Source of the DNA: Candidatus Binatia bacterium | GTDB lineage: Bacteria; Desulfobacterota; Binatia; Bin18 | DNA: 64,000 nucleotides | Assembly: GCA_965231765.1 (NCBI GenBank) | Contig: OZ246887.1 | Coordinates: 5,203,823 to 5,267,822 of the forward strand | Reading direction: 5' to 3' | Shown here: piece by piece, positions 39,211 to 48,010 of the stretch | Numbering within the stretch: the first letter of the stretch is position 1 | Layout: each line of letters starts with the position of its first letter | Notes under the pieces: generated by a model | Seen by the model: the letters and a program-made list of their open reading frames with translations, nothing else | Told to the model about the DNA's origin: nothing | The model's database searches: none | Made by a program: the position numbers and the translations under genes

Positions 39211-39590
39211 TGACGCAAATTGTCGCTGAGGGAAAATGGGGAAGGGTCGAGTGGGCGACAGACCGAAACGGGAATATGCCCGCGCGGTCTTATTATTCGG
39301 ACCTTCCTGATAGCGACAAAGCAAAAATCCTCGCTCTTTTCAACTTTTTGCGATTTCTTCAAAACCGGGAGAAACTCAAAAAACTAGGCAGTAAGGCAAA
39401 AGGGAAAGACTCAGAATTGTGGGAATTCAAGAGCTTTCAACATCGTTTTCTCGGTGATTATAGGCCACACAGCCGCTTTATTATCGCGCGTGCGCTTCAG
39501 AAAAAAAGCGATAACTTGCCAACATCTGATATTGCACGAGCCATTCGTATTCTCCCAGAAAACGACCAGCGAGAGGAAGGAATGCCATGA
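39211..39590 (+). CDS. higB: HigB/RelE-superfamily (Gp49-like) toxin
   Basis: ...GKDSELWEFKSFQHRFLGDYRPHSRFIIARALQKK... resembles the Gp49/HigB family. The ORF opens at 39054; the start is placed at TTG 39211 after GGAGGGGAGGGGAGG, and is uncertain. The stop overlaps the downstream HTH gene (ATGA). Confidence 0.5.
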
Positions 39591-39940
39591 ATCGCCCCTC
39601 CACGGACTATGAACTTTTTGAGCAATCCTCAGATCACAACAGACGGCTTCTGCGAGAGGAAGAGTTGATCCTGGAGGTGACAGAAGCGGTCAGCGCGGTG
39701 ATGCAGGAAGAAGGCATCTCTAAAGCCCGGCTCGCAAAGCGCCTGGGGAAAACCAAAGGATTCATTTCCCAGCTCTTGTCGGGCGGACGGAATCTGACCC
39801 TGCGGACGCTCGCTGGCCTTGTTGATGCGTTGGGATATCGGGTCACCATTACGGTTTCCAAGAATCGTGATAGCAGGTCTGTCGGCAGCGAGTCTCCTGA
39901 CCTCAGAGTCATCAATATCGAATCTTGGTCTTCCCCCTAG
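39587..39940 (+). CDS. higA: HTH (XRE/HigA-like) antitoxin with short C-terminal extension
   Basis: HTH reads ISKARLAKRLGKTKGFISQLLSGGRNLTLRTLAGLVDALG, and a ~25-aa tail follows. Its position after the toxin matches a HigBA-type reversed TA arrangement. Confidence 0.6.
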   Translation: MNRPSTDYELFEQSSDHNRRLLREEELILEVTEAVSAVMQEEGISKARLAKRLGKTKGFISQLLSGGRNLTLRTLAGLVDALGYRVTITVSKNRDSRSVGSESPDLRVINIESWSSP

Positions 39941-40017
39941 ACCCAGCCGCCGGTTTGGAGGGAACCCACTGTCAGTATTCCTCTCCAAACCTCAGTTAGT
40001 GACTATGGAGCAGCAGC

Positions 40018-40494
40018 ATGAGCAAGGCAGCTGATGGCCTGAAACGATTGATTGCGGAGGTCGAGATTGAAGGGGTGCGCCTCGTTGAAGCAAACGCGGA
40101 AACGAAGGTGCGGTCGCCGGAAGACACTGGCGCTGTTGATCTCTTGGTCAATCGAACGGCCGGGATTAGCGAGCGTCAAGAAAACGGGATGTTTTTTGTT
40201 GTGGCAACCATCAGGGCTCAACTTGTCTCTGAAGAGGCGAAGGAGGAGCCTCTGGTCTCGATCGAGACGAGTTTTGAACTCCAGTATCGCCTCCCTGAAG
40301 GATTGCGCGTCGATCCTCAAGCTCTGACAACCTTTGCCGAGACGAACGGGATCTATAATGCCTGGCCCTATTGGCGTGAGTTTGTGCAAAGCACGTTGGC
40401 CCGGATGGGACTCCCGCCAGTCGTGCTCCCGTTGTTACGCGCTCGGGAGGTGAAGGAGAAGACAGAAGCCGAGAAGGCAGAGGGGGTGGTATGA
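40018..40494 (+). CDS. SecB-like chaperone (TAC-system-type)
   Basis: 158 aa. Blocks align to E. coli SecB: VEANAET vs FEAPNAP, FFVVATIRAQLVSEE vs YEVVLRVTVTASLGEE, and AWPYWREFVQSTLARMGLPPVVLPLL vs [26 protein letters not shown]. Confidence 0.55.
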   Translation: MSKAADGLKRLIAEVEIEGVRLVEANAETKVRSPEDTGAVDLLVNRTAGISERQENGMFFVVATIRAQLVSEEAKEEPLVSIETSFELQYRLPEGLRVDPQALTTFAETNGIYNAWPYWREFVQSTLARMGLPPVVLPLLRAREVKEKTEAEKAEGVV

Positions 40495-41306
40495 AGTCAG
40501 ACCTCATTAGCAAAGCGACCCGGAACGCGTTTCGAGAAACTCTTGTGAATTACTCTCTTCGTCAGATAGACACGATTTTTGATGGGGCAGGACTGAGTCC
40601 CAAATTGGATCACAATCCGAGCGTACCAGGCCAACGGCGCACCTTGGTCGAGCAGTATTACGCTGGTATCGACTTTCGCTCTCCGAGCGATATCGACCAA
40701 CTCCTCTCTGCTTACGGAGAGCTAGTATTGCAAATGGGAGGCTCCGACGAACCGCTCTGCAGAGATCTTCTGCAACGCATGGAACAGGATGGGTACTCCT
40801 ATCAAGCAGGGAGCTTCATTCAGCTGCCAAACAGACAACAACCTCTCGTCGCCACTATCCAGTCTTACGCGGTCGCTCTTGATCTCGAAGGACTGCAAAG
40901 CCAAATCCATCGTCTTACTCAGGCTGCTGAAAATGATCCCCCTCTAGCCGTGGGAACAGCAAAGGAGATGGTGGAGACAATCTGCAAGACTATCCTTGAA
41001 AAAAGAGGTGTATCTACAGATGACAAAGAACTGCCAAAGCTTGTCCGTGCGACAGCTAAAGAACTCGCCCTACTGCCGGGGACTGTTCCCGACAATGCGA
41101 AAGGTTCAGAGGCCATTCGTCGGCTGCTCAGCAACTTGAACCAAGTCGCCCAGGGGATGGCGGAGCTCCGTAACCTCTATGGCACCGATCATGGTCGCGC
41201 TGGACGTGTCAAGGGTATACAGCCTCGACACGCTAGGCTCGCCGTCGGAGCGGCGACAACCCTGGCCACTTTCTTGCTGGAAACACATCTGGAGCGCAGT
41301 CCGTAG
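40491..41306 (+). CDS. HEPN-superfamily / Abi_C-like (abortive-infection C-terminal domain) protein
   Basis: The start overlaps the SecB-like stop (ATGA). The C-terminal ELRNLYGTDHGRAG carries an Rx4-6H HEPN motif in the position typical of Abi_C-family proteins. Confidence 0.55.
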   Translation: MKSDLISKATRNAFRETLVNYSLRQIDTIFDGAGLSPKLDHNPSVPGQRRTLVEQYYAGIDFRSPSDIDQLLSAYGELVLQMGGSDEPLCRDLLQRMEQDGYSYQAGSFIQLPNRQQPLVATIQSYAVALDLEGLQSQIHRLTQAAENDPPLAVGTAKEMVETICKTILEKRGVSTDDKELPKLVRATAKELALLPGTVPDNAKGSEAIRRLLSNLNQVAQGMAELRNLYGTDHGRAGRVKGIQPRHARLAVGAATTLATFLLETHLERSP

Positions 41307-41869
41307 GTGCCAGCCTCATGGTTCGCAGACAAGGACTCAAATGCATAACCGACGTGCTGGCCTGGATCAAAGCGCAGGGTGCCAGCTATCAGACCCGGAT
41401 GAACGCCGTGTTCCGGGCCTTCCAGGAAGCCACCAGATAATCGGGGGTCCGGAGATTCTCCTACACTGACGAGGGTAGACCCCTCACAGTCGAGCGAAGA
41501 GCCGGGGCAACAGAGACAAAAAAGGAGGAGGAAATCATACCCAGATGCAACATCTTATTGCGTCGTCTAGGAGACAGGTTTGGGCCGGTCTTCTCGGCTC
41601 GTTCTCCTCTGCTCTTGTCGTTGTTAAAATCCTCGGGTTTGGAAAGCAGGTTACAATAACCGGGAAAGTAGACTCCGTTGACCTGATATCTATTTATCTG
41701 AAGGAATGTGAATTGGTCGATGAGTAGATTTCGCGCAATCCTGCCGGCAGGCCACAGGCAAACGCCTCCCACTTCCAAGCTTGACACTTTGTCCCTTACC
41801 AGACGGAGCGGGTGGCGCGGCCTTATGTGGGCGGAGGAAAATCAGGGACTTACAGAGCCAGTCGAGCCC

Positions 41870-42095
41870 GGCGGGGCTGGACGATTTTAGAGAAAAGGAC
41901 AGATCGGCCGACGATTCTTCAGTGCGGAGCTTGGGGGTAGGGCCGAACGGCTGCCAAGTTGTCTTCAAAAAGCGCAGCCGTCATTGCACCTCAATAATCA
42001 CAAAATTCTGGCTTGCCTCTTGCCACTCGACCGTCACTGTTGTGTCCGGCTCGGGGAAGTCAGGCAGATCGTACACGCCACTCGCGCCCGTCAGA
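41870..42095. repeat. direct repeat copy B (partner of 34671-34895)
   Basis: Covers the last ~115 bp of the LRR gene plus ~110 bp of downstream sequence. Upstream of it (41700-41890) lies a degenerate remnant resembling the Sel1 gene C-terminus (...EPVEPGGAGRF* vs ...VVPAGPGTAERF*). Confidence 0.7.
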
Positions 42096-44773
42096 AACGT
42101 CTCGCCCAGGGTGGTGACGGTAAACGTTGCCCGCCCAAACTCTTTGCCGTCGGCTAAGGCCCGCACGGTGTGCTCGCCGTCGCCGAACTCGTTCCAGTTC
42201 AGCCGCAGTCCGAAGCCGGTGTTGGTGTCGTCGCATAGCTCCGTCATATCCTCCCGACTCGCGCCAAAGGCGGCCTCAAAGGTCGCCGTGCCATCAATTT
42301 CAATCTCGACCTGCTCGGCCCCACACACCCAGCCCGACACGAGGCCGATTCCGCTCTGGAACGAGCCGGCAACAGGATTTTCCAACATGCCGGGCAGATC
42401 GCTCTGGGCGGCCGGATCGCTCTGGGCGGGCGGACTCTCGGCAGGAGGTGAAACCGCGGCAATCACAAAGTTCTGCAATGCCTCTTGCCACACGAGCCGT
42501 ATCTGTTGCCCCATGTCGGGAAAGTCGCTCAGCAGGTAGTCGCCCTGTACGCCGGTCAGGAACTCCACGCCGAGCGTTGTCACGCTAAAGGTGGCCGTGC
42601 CGAACTCCAGCCCATCGGCCAAGGCTCGCACTGTATGCTTGCCGTCGCCGAGCAGATTCCAGTTCATCCCCAGTACGAAGCCATTATTCCGGTCGCCGCA
42701 GGGCTCCAGGCTATCCTCCCGGTCGGTCCCGTATGGAGCGGTCAGGACGGCTTCGCCGTCGATTTCCAGCTCGACCAGCTCAGCCTCACATACCCAGCCC
42801 GAAATGAACCCGATACCACTCTGAAAAGTCTCGGGTCCCAGTATGTCCAAGGCACCAACAACGAAGTTGACGACGAGCGTGTACTGCCCGGTCAAGGCGC
42901 CATAGCCCCGCACCGCTACCTCATACGTCCCGGCGGCGACGGGCGCGACCAGCAGGAAATTCTGGCCGTCGCCGCTATCGTCGTCTCTCGCAATCTCCTC
43001 GCCCGCTTGCCACAGGGTCCCGACGGTGTCCATATGGCCGGTCGTCTCGACTGTCAGCGTCCCGGCTTGGGGCACGGCAATTTGGAAGTAATCGACATCA
43101 CCCGCCGGTCCAATCTGGCCCGAGGTTGATGAAGCGGGCTCGACGTGCGTAGCGGTGCCTGGCACATCAGCGTGGGCGTCAACGGGCGGAGTCAGCGGGG
43201 CGACGTCCGGTTCAAACGGTTCGCTTGATACGGTCGGCATCAAACCCCGGTAGCAGGGGAGGTCGAGGAAGGAGCAGGAGTCGCTTGGAAGCGCCGGCGC
43301 GGCACCCAGCGTGATCCGTACCGGGCCTCCAGTCGGGATGACGGTAATCGCGTCGCTGGTGACGCCGCCCCTAGCCACGGTGACCGACGGAGCTGACAAG
43401 GTCGCGCCGGTCACGGACAGGTCGACCGTCATGGCGAACGGCGCGCCGGAAGCGACCTTGACGGCGACTCCACCGGAAGGCGTGGTGTTCTCCAGCGTCA
43501 TCGCCACGGGAAAGGGGGCACCAGGGTTGGCGTTGAGCCACACTTGCCGCAGGCTGGTGAGACCGGCAAACACCTTGGGCGGCAGGCTGGTAAGGTGGTT
43601 GCCGCTGAGATCTAAGACCTGCAGGCTGCTCAGGCCGGCGAAGAGCGTCGGTGGCAGGGTGGTGAGTTGATTCGTGTCAATCTCTAATCTCACTAGATTG
43701 GTCAGGCCGGTAAAGACATCGGGCGGGAGGGCGGTGAGGCGGTTGCGGTCAAGGAACAGGATCCCCAGATTGGTCAGGCCGCTAAACACGTCGGGCGGGA
43801 GGGCGGTGAGATCGTTTTCGTGGAGATACAAGCTTTGCAGATTGGTCAGGCCGGTAAAGATGCCGGGGGGGAGGGTGGTGAGGTGGTTGTCGTGGAGATA
43901 CAAGCTTTGCAGATTGGTCAGGCCGGTAAAGATGCCGGGGGGGAGGGTGGTGAGGAAGTTATTCCTGAGCGATAAGTATTCCAAGCTGGTGAGGTTGGCA
44001 AACACGTCGGGGGGAAGAGTAGTGAATTCGTTTCCAGAGACCACCAGGGTCTCCAGATTGGTCAGGCCGGCAAAGAGGCCGGGGGGGAGGGTGGTGAGGC
44101 GGGTGTCGTTGAGCCACAAGTACACCAGATTGGTCAGGCCGGCAAAGACGTTGGGCGGGATGTCGGCGAAGTCGTTGTCGTCCAGATCCAAAATTCTCAA
44201 GTTGGTCAGGCCGGCGAAGACGTTGGGGGAGAGGCTGGTGAGATCGTTGTGCCACAGATTCAGCTGTCGCAAGTTGGTCAGGCCGGCGAAGACGTTGGGG
44301 GGAAGGGTGGTGAGGTCGTTGCCGTAGAGATCCAACTGCTCCAAGTTGGTGAGACCGGCAAAGTCACCCGACTGTAATGTTTCTATGCGTTCGGAGCCCA
44401 GACTCAAAACACTAATGCGGCCGAGCTGGTCGGGCGTCACATCGGCGCAGGTTACCTCGCCTCCGACTATAGCGACGAGGGCGTCTCGCACCTGTGGGGT
44501 CCGGTCGCAGACACCAGACTGCGTCTGCGCCTGAGCGGTGGAAGACAGCGCTAGCAGGCTCATGGTCAGGAGGAAGAGAAGGCAGGCTCTTCCTATGCTC
44601 CAGTGGTGGCATCCCTGCTCCTGAGGCCCCCGGCCTAGTGGACAGGCAGCCAGAAAAAGACAAGACATGGCGAACTGCGCCACGCCTGGGACATTATTGT
44701 AGGTGCTGGAGGGGGAATCCATTCTGTCTGTGCCTCTTAAGCGGTGCATCATAATAGACAGCTGCCATACCAA
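41981..44773 (-). CDS. secreted leucine-rich-repeat (LRR) protein with PPC (pre-peptidase C-terminal) domain and two tandem ~135-aa C-terminal domains of unknown type
   Basis: About 13 units of LTNLxxLxLxxNxLTTLPPxxFAG (24-aa LRR). Then GDVDYFQIAVPQAGTLTVETTGHMDTVGTLW (PPC-like). Then two homologous domains (FQSGIGxxSGWVCxAExVExEIDG...HTVRALADGxEFGxATFxVTTLG...WQEAxQNFVI). The signal-peptide-like N-terminus makes the exact start uncertain. Confidence 0.8.
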   Translation of the reverse strand: MVWQLSIMMHRLRGTDRMDSPSSTYNNVPGVAQFAMSCLFLAACPLGRGPQEQGCHHWSIGRACLLFLLTMSLLALSSTAQAQTQSGVCDRTPQVRDALVAIVGGEVTCADVTPDQLGRISVLSLGSERIETLQSGDFAGLTNLEQLDLYGNDLTTLPPNVFAGLTNLRQLNLWHNDLTSLSPNVFAGLTNLRILDLDDNDFADIPPNVFAGLTNLVYLWLNDTRLTTLPPGLFAGLTNLETLVVSGNEFTTLPPDVFANLTSLEYLSLRNNFLTTLPPGIFTGLTNLQSLYLHDNHLTTLPPGIFTGLTNLQSLYLHENDLTALPPDVFSGLTNLGILFLDRNRLTALPPDVFTGLTNLVRLEIDTNQLTTLPPTLFAGLSSLQVLDLSGNHLTSLPPKVFAGLTSLRQVWLNANPGAPFPVAMTLENTTPSGGVAVKVASGAPFAMTVDLSVTGATLSAPSVTVARGGVTSDAITVIPTGGPVRITLGAAPALPSDSCSFLDLPCYRGLMPTVSSEPFEPDVAPLTPPVDAHADVPGTATHVEPASSTSGQIGPAGDVDYFQIAVPQAGTLTVETTGHMDTVGTLWQAGEEIARDDDSGDGQNFLLVAPVAAGTYEVAVRGYGALTGQYTLVVNFVVGALDILGPETFQSGIGFISGWVCEAELVELEIDGEAVLTAPYGTDREDSLEPCGDRNNGFVLGMNWNLLGDGKHTVRALADGLEFGTATFSVTTLGVEFLTGVQGDYLLSDFPDMGQQIRLVWQEALQNFVIAAVSPPAESPPAQSDPAAQSDLPGMLENPVAGSFQSGIGLVSGWVCGAEQVEIEIDGTATFEAAFGASREDMTELCDDTNTGFGLRLNWNEFGDGEHTVRALADGKEFGRATFTVTTLGETFLTGASGVYDLPDFPEPDTTVTVEWQEASQNFVIIEVQ
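43821..43964. repeat. two near-identical tandem 72-bp LRR coding units
   Basis: 43821-43892 and 43893-43964 are identical for the first ~62 bp (tggagatacaagctttgcagattggtcaggccggtaaagatgccgggggggagggtggtgag). G7/C7 homopolymer runs recur in neighbouring units. Confidence 0.7.
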
Positions 44774-45104
44774 TTCCGCACACAGCGGTCAAGAACCGCA
44801 CCTCCGTCTGTGTCTCCACAAAGAAAACGGCGCCGCCCGCCCGACCCCACCCGTTCGCGCTCAGTCGGGCGCGAGGGAAGCCACACCGCCTAGTCCGTCC
44901 ATGGCACGAGACGACCCGCTGATCCCCGACGCGGCGACGTGGCAGAAATTGCAGCGGCGTCGAAGCCGGCCGCCTTTACTTCTCCCGCTCCACTCTCCTC
45001 CCTTTTTCCCTCTGTCCATCTTGTCTCTACATCGGGGAGGTAGTACAGGTGAGGGTAGGGTATGCATTGTGTGACACAACAATGCCACTCTGCAGGAAGA
45101 AACA

Positions 45105-45509
45105 GTGATGAAAACAGTTCAGAGTTTCGTGACGGCCGGGGCGCTAGTGGCTTGGGCGACCCTCTTCAACGTCGGAGCAGCGCCAGGAGAAGCTGCGGCT
45201 GTGCTGGAGGAAAGAGAGCTGGTGACCAGGCAGCAATGCCGCGTGGACGAGCATGCCCCTTTGCTGCTGGTCCACGGACGATCCCGTCATTCCTCCCCCC
45301 ATCCTCCCCCCTATTACCCGCTCCCGCCCTATCCTCCGCTTGTCTATCCCCCGTCTTCCCCCTACTATTCCCCGTACTCCGCTGCCGCCATCTGTCGCAA
45401 CCAACTCCGGTTCTGTCACCTGAAGGTCGCCATGCCAGTCGGCGCGCCGTGTGTTTGTGCTGCGCCGGTTGGCGGGGTGTGGTTCAGTGGTTGGGTGACG
45501 TTCTATTAG
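45105..45509 (+). CDS. small secreted Pro/Tyr-rich hypothetical protein
   Basis: Signal-peptide-like N-terminus (MMKTVQSFVTAGALVAWATLFNVGAAPGEA) followed by PHPPPYYPLPPYPPLVYPPSSPYYSPY. It lies in a gene-poor GC-rich stretch. Weak. Confidence 0.3.
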   Translation: MMKTVQSFVTAGALVAWATLFNVGAAPGEAAAVLEERELVTRQQCRVDEHAPLLLVHGRSRHSSPHPPPYYPLPPYPPLVYPPSSPYYSPYSAAAICRNQLRFCHLKVAMPVGAPCVCAAPVGGVWFSGWVTFY

Positions 45510-46176
45510 GCTGAAGCGATATTGAGGGGACCACAGAGCGCACAGCGGCGAGACCTGGTGCTCGCCCGGGGCGCGGCTCCCACCGCGGGGAGCGCGTTCG
45601 ACCTTCCAGAACAGCGTCCCATCCCTGATCCCCCACGCCCGGCCTCCATCCGATCCCTCGTCAACGTCCCCCGGTCCAGCACCGCTCCTGGGCCATATGA
45701 ATTCCTTATCCAAGGAAACGGGAAAGGCCGCCAGAGCTATATCCTACCCAGTATTGGGTCGTTTCCGCGGACCCAGGTTGTCTCCAAAAACGGGGGGTTG
45801 ATGAAATAGTGGAGAACTTTCTTCGGGCTAGGAATTCGTTCTAAAGACCCTCAAATTTCCCCTCCGCGGTCGCACCGCCCCTTCCCCAGGGGAGGACCCG
45901 GGAAGCCTGGCGGTGAGACAGACGACGGCTCTCAGGCCCCGTTCTCCTCGTGGCTCAGCTTGACACACTACAGACGTAAAACTGGCCCCTTTGCGGCCGA
46001 TTTGCCGGGGTTCCTGGCCGATCTGCGCGAATCGCGGGTCAACCGGCCGCAAAGGGGGGGGGCCTGGATGACCGGAGGCGGGCGGAACGGCGAATGGCGT
46101 GGCGATCCCTGCCAGACTTACGGGGTGCCCGCATGTATGCTAGGAGAGGGAGCGCATTGCTGTAAGGAGGTGTCGG

Positions 46177-47046
46177 ATGCGAAGCAAGCAGATCGTGTGT
46201 GGGCTGGTCGTAGTTGCCCTGATGGGCGGGGTCAGCTCGCGTGTGCGGGCCCAGGTCTTCCCGTGGTGGGCGTTTGACAGCGTCATTGAGGAGGTCCAGG
46301 ACCGGGGGACGTTGCGCGTCGGGCTCGGGCTATTCGAGCCCTGGTCGGCGTGTAATGCCGACGGCGAGCTGATCGGCTTTTGGGTCGATGTCGCGACAAA
46401 AGTGGCCGAGGACATGGGGGTGGAGGTGGAATTTGCGCGGACGAACTGGAACTACATCATCCCGTCGCTGATCGCCGAGGAGTTTGATCTCATCAGTGGG
46501 ATGACGATTCTTCCGGCCCGCGCCCTCAAGGTCAATTTCACGTCCTCGTACAACTCTACCGGACTCTACCTGGTGGCGAATGCGGCGCAAAGCGCCGGCC
46601 TGGCCACACTGGCCGATTTCAACAGTCCCAGCGTCACGATTGCGACCCGGCGGGGCGCCTCGTCCATCCCTGCTCTCGAGAATACCTTTCCCGCTGCCCT
46701 GCTCCTGCTCTTTGATACCGACAATGCGGTCCTCCAGGCCGTCGTCGCCGGGGAGGCGCATGCGGCGGCGGCATATTCAACGACGCGGCGGGACACGTGG
46801 GTGGACGCCCACCCGGAGACGTTGCACCTGCCCTTCGCGGAACCGTTTGCCGCGGGCGTGGAGGGGTTCGGCGTGCGCAAAGGGGACCTGGATACCTTAA
46901 ATTTTCTCAATGGCTGGATTGCGGTGCGCCAGGCCGATGGCTGGCTCGCCCAGCGCCGCCAATATTGGTGGGAGACTCACGAGTGGGCCGATCAGGTCGT
47001 GACCGATCCGGACACCGTGGCGGCGTGCGAGGACTCCTTTCAATAG
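46177..47046 (+). CDS. family-3 solute-binding protein (SBP_bac_3), orphan
   Basis: Signal peptide. TLRVGLG...PW...DGELIGFWVDVATKVAEDMGVEVEF...WNYIIPSL...FDLISGMTI matches polar amino-acid/MoxJ-type binding proteins. No permease or ATPase gene is nearby. Confidence 0.75.
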   Translation: MRSKQIVCGLVVVALMGGVSSRVRAQVFPWWAFDSVIEEVQDRGTLRVGLGLFEPWSACNADGELIGFWVDVATKVAEDMGVEVEFARTNWNYIIPSLIAEEFDLISGMTILPARALKVNFTSSYNSTGLYLVANAAQSAGLATLADFNSPSVTIATRRGASSIPALENTFPAALLLLFDTDNAVLQAVVAGEAHAAAAYSTTRRDTWVDAHPETLHLPFAEPFAAGVEGFGVRKGDLDTLNFLNGWIAVRQADGWLAQRRQYWWETHEWADQVVTDPDTVAACEDSFQ

Positions 47047-47301
47047 CCGGCTGCGGGGCAAGCTGCCCGGATAGGCAGCCCCCCCCGCGCTGAACATTCT
47101 TCGGCCAGGTCGCCGGCTTCCCTAAAATCCTTCAGCCGCGCCGCGCCAGCCTCGGCCCGTAACTCCCTGATATTCCTGCACTCACACACGGCCAGCTCGC
47201 TGCGTCCGATAAGGGGTGCAGGGTCAACTTCAGTCCAGCCGCTGGCCGCGCCGCCAGGCCCAGCAGGTTGTCTCGCAAAACAGGGGTTTTCTCGGGACGC
47301 C

Positions 47302-47703
47302 TCAGGCTCTGTTGGCACGCCGCCAGAAGCGGATGGCCGAGACGCCCGTGATAACGATCACCGCCGGGGCAAAGAGGTTCCAAATGGTGGCGCTGGCCTC
47401 AAAATGCTCCGAGAACTTGAGCACGTAGTTATGCAGGTAGACCAGGCCGACATACGCGGTGACCATGGTGAACAGCTCGACCGGCCGCTGGTGCCGCTCC
47501 GGCTCCACACCAAGAGTCTGGAGTGAATCACGAACGTTGAGGGTGACCACCAAGCCCAGGACAAGCAGCGTCAGCGGATCAACCACATAGTCCCAGATCG
47601 GCTGGACACCGGCCGGGTTGAGCGGGAAGTACGTGTTGCAGCAGAGGACGGCGACTGCGGTGATCCCACACAGGAGGGAGACGAGTCTGAAGAGGCTGGC
47701 CAT
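47302..47703 (-). CDS. hypothetical 4-TM membrane protein
   Basis: Hydrophobic segments run throughout. The start is taken at MASLFRLVSLL; the upstream Glu/Pro-rich ORF extension is unlikely to be coding. Confidence 0.45.
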   Translation of the reverse strand: MASLFRLVSLLCGITAVAVLCCNTYFPLNPAGVQPIWDYVVDPLTLLVLGLVVTLNVRDSLQTLGVEPERHQRPVELFTMVTAYVGLVYLHNYVLKFSEHFEASATIWNLFAPAVIVITGVSAIRFWRRANRA

Positions 47704-48010
47704 GGGAATCACTCCTCTCATAGACAATTGGGGGCTTGGGCTTGCCGGGGTGAAGGACGACGGCTCCTCTTCTCCTCCTGGCTCCTCTTCCCTCCTCACA
47801 CAACTGCTAACTCCCCCGCTTGCAAGCCCCGCTTTCCTGGGGTTTTTGGGGGTGGGTGGAGCGTGGCGAAAAAGCCCAACAAAATCACGCCGGAAACTTC
47901 ACATAATACAACTTTATCAGATGTAATCACGCGGGTCAGTCCGGGAGATCTTTGAGATACAGGAGATCCTCCGGCAGGTGCGCGCGGCCCCAATTTCGGG
48001 CGACCTGAAC

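Noticed and set aside
41781-42539. 252-aa plus-strand ORF over the 3' end of the LRR gene
   Set aside because: It overlaps the well-supported LRR gene on the opposite strand and spans the repeat. It has low-complexity Ser/Pro/Arg composition.
43311-44327. Plus-strand ORFs with RLVRPVKTSGGRAVR-type repeats
   Set aside because: Antisense translation of the LRR array of the 41981..44773 gene.
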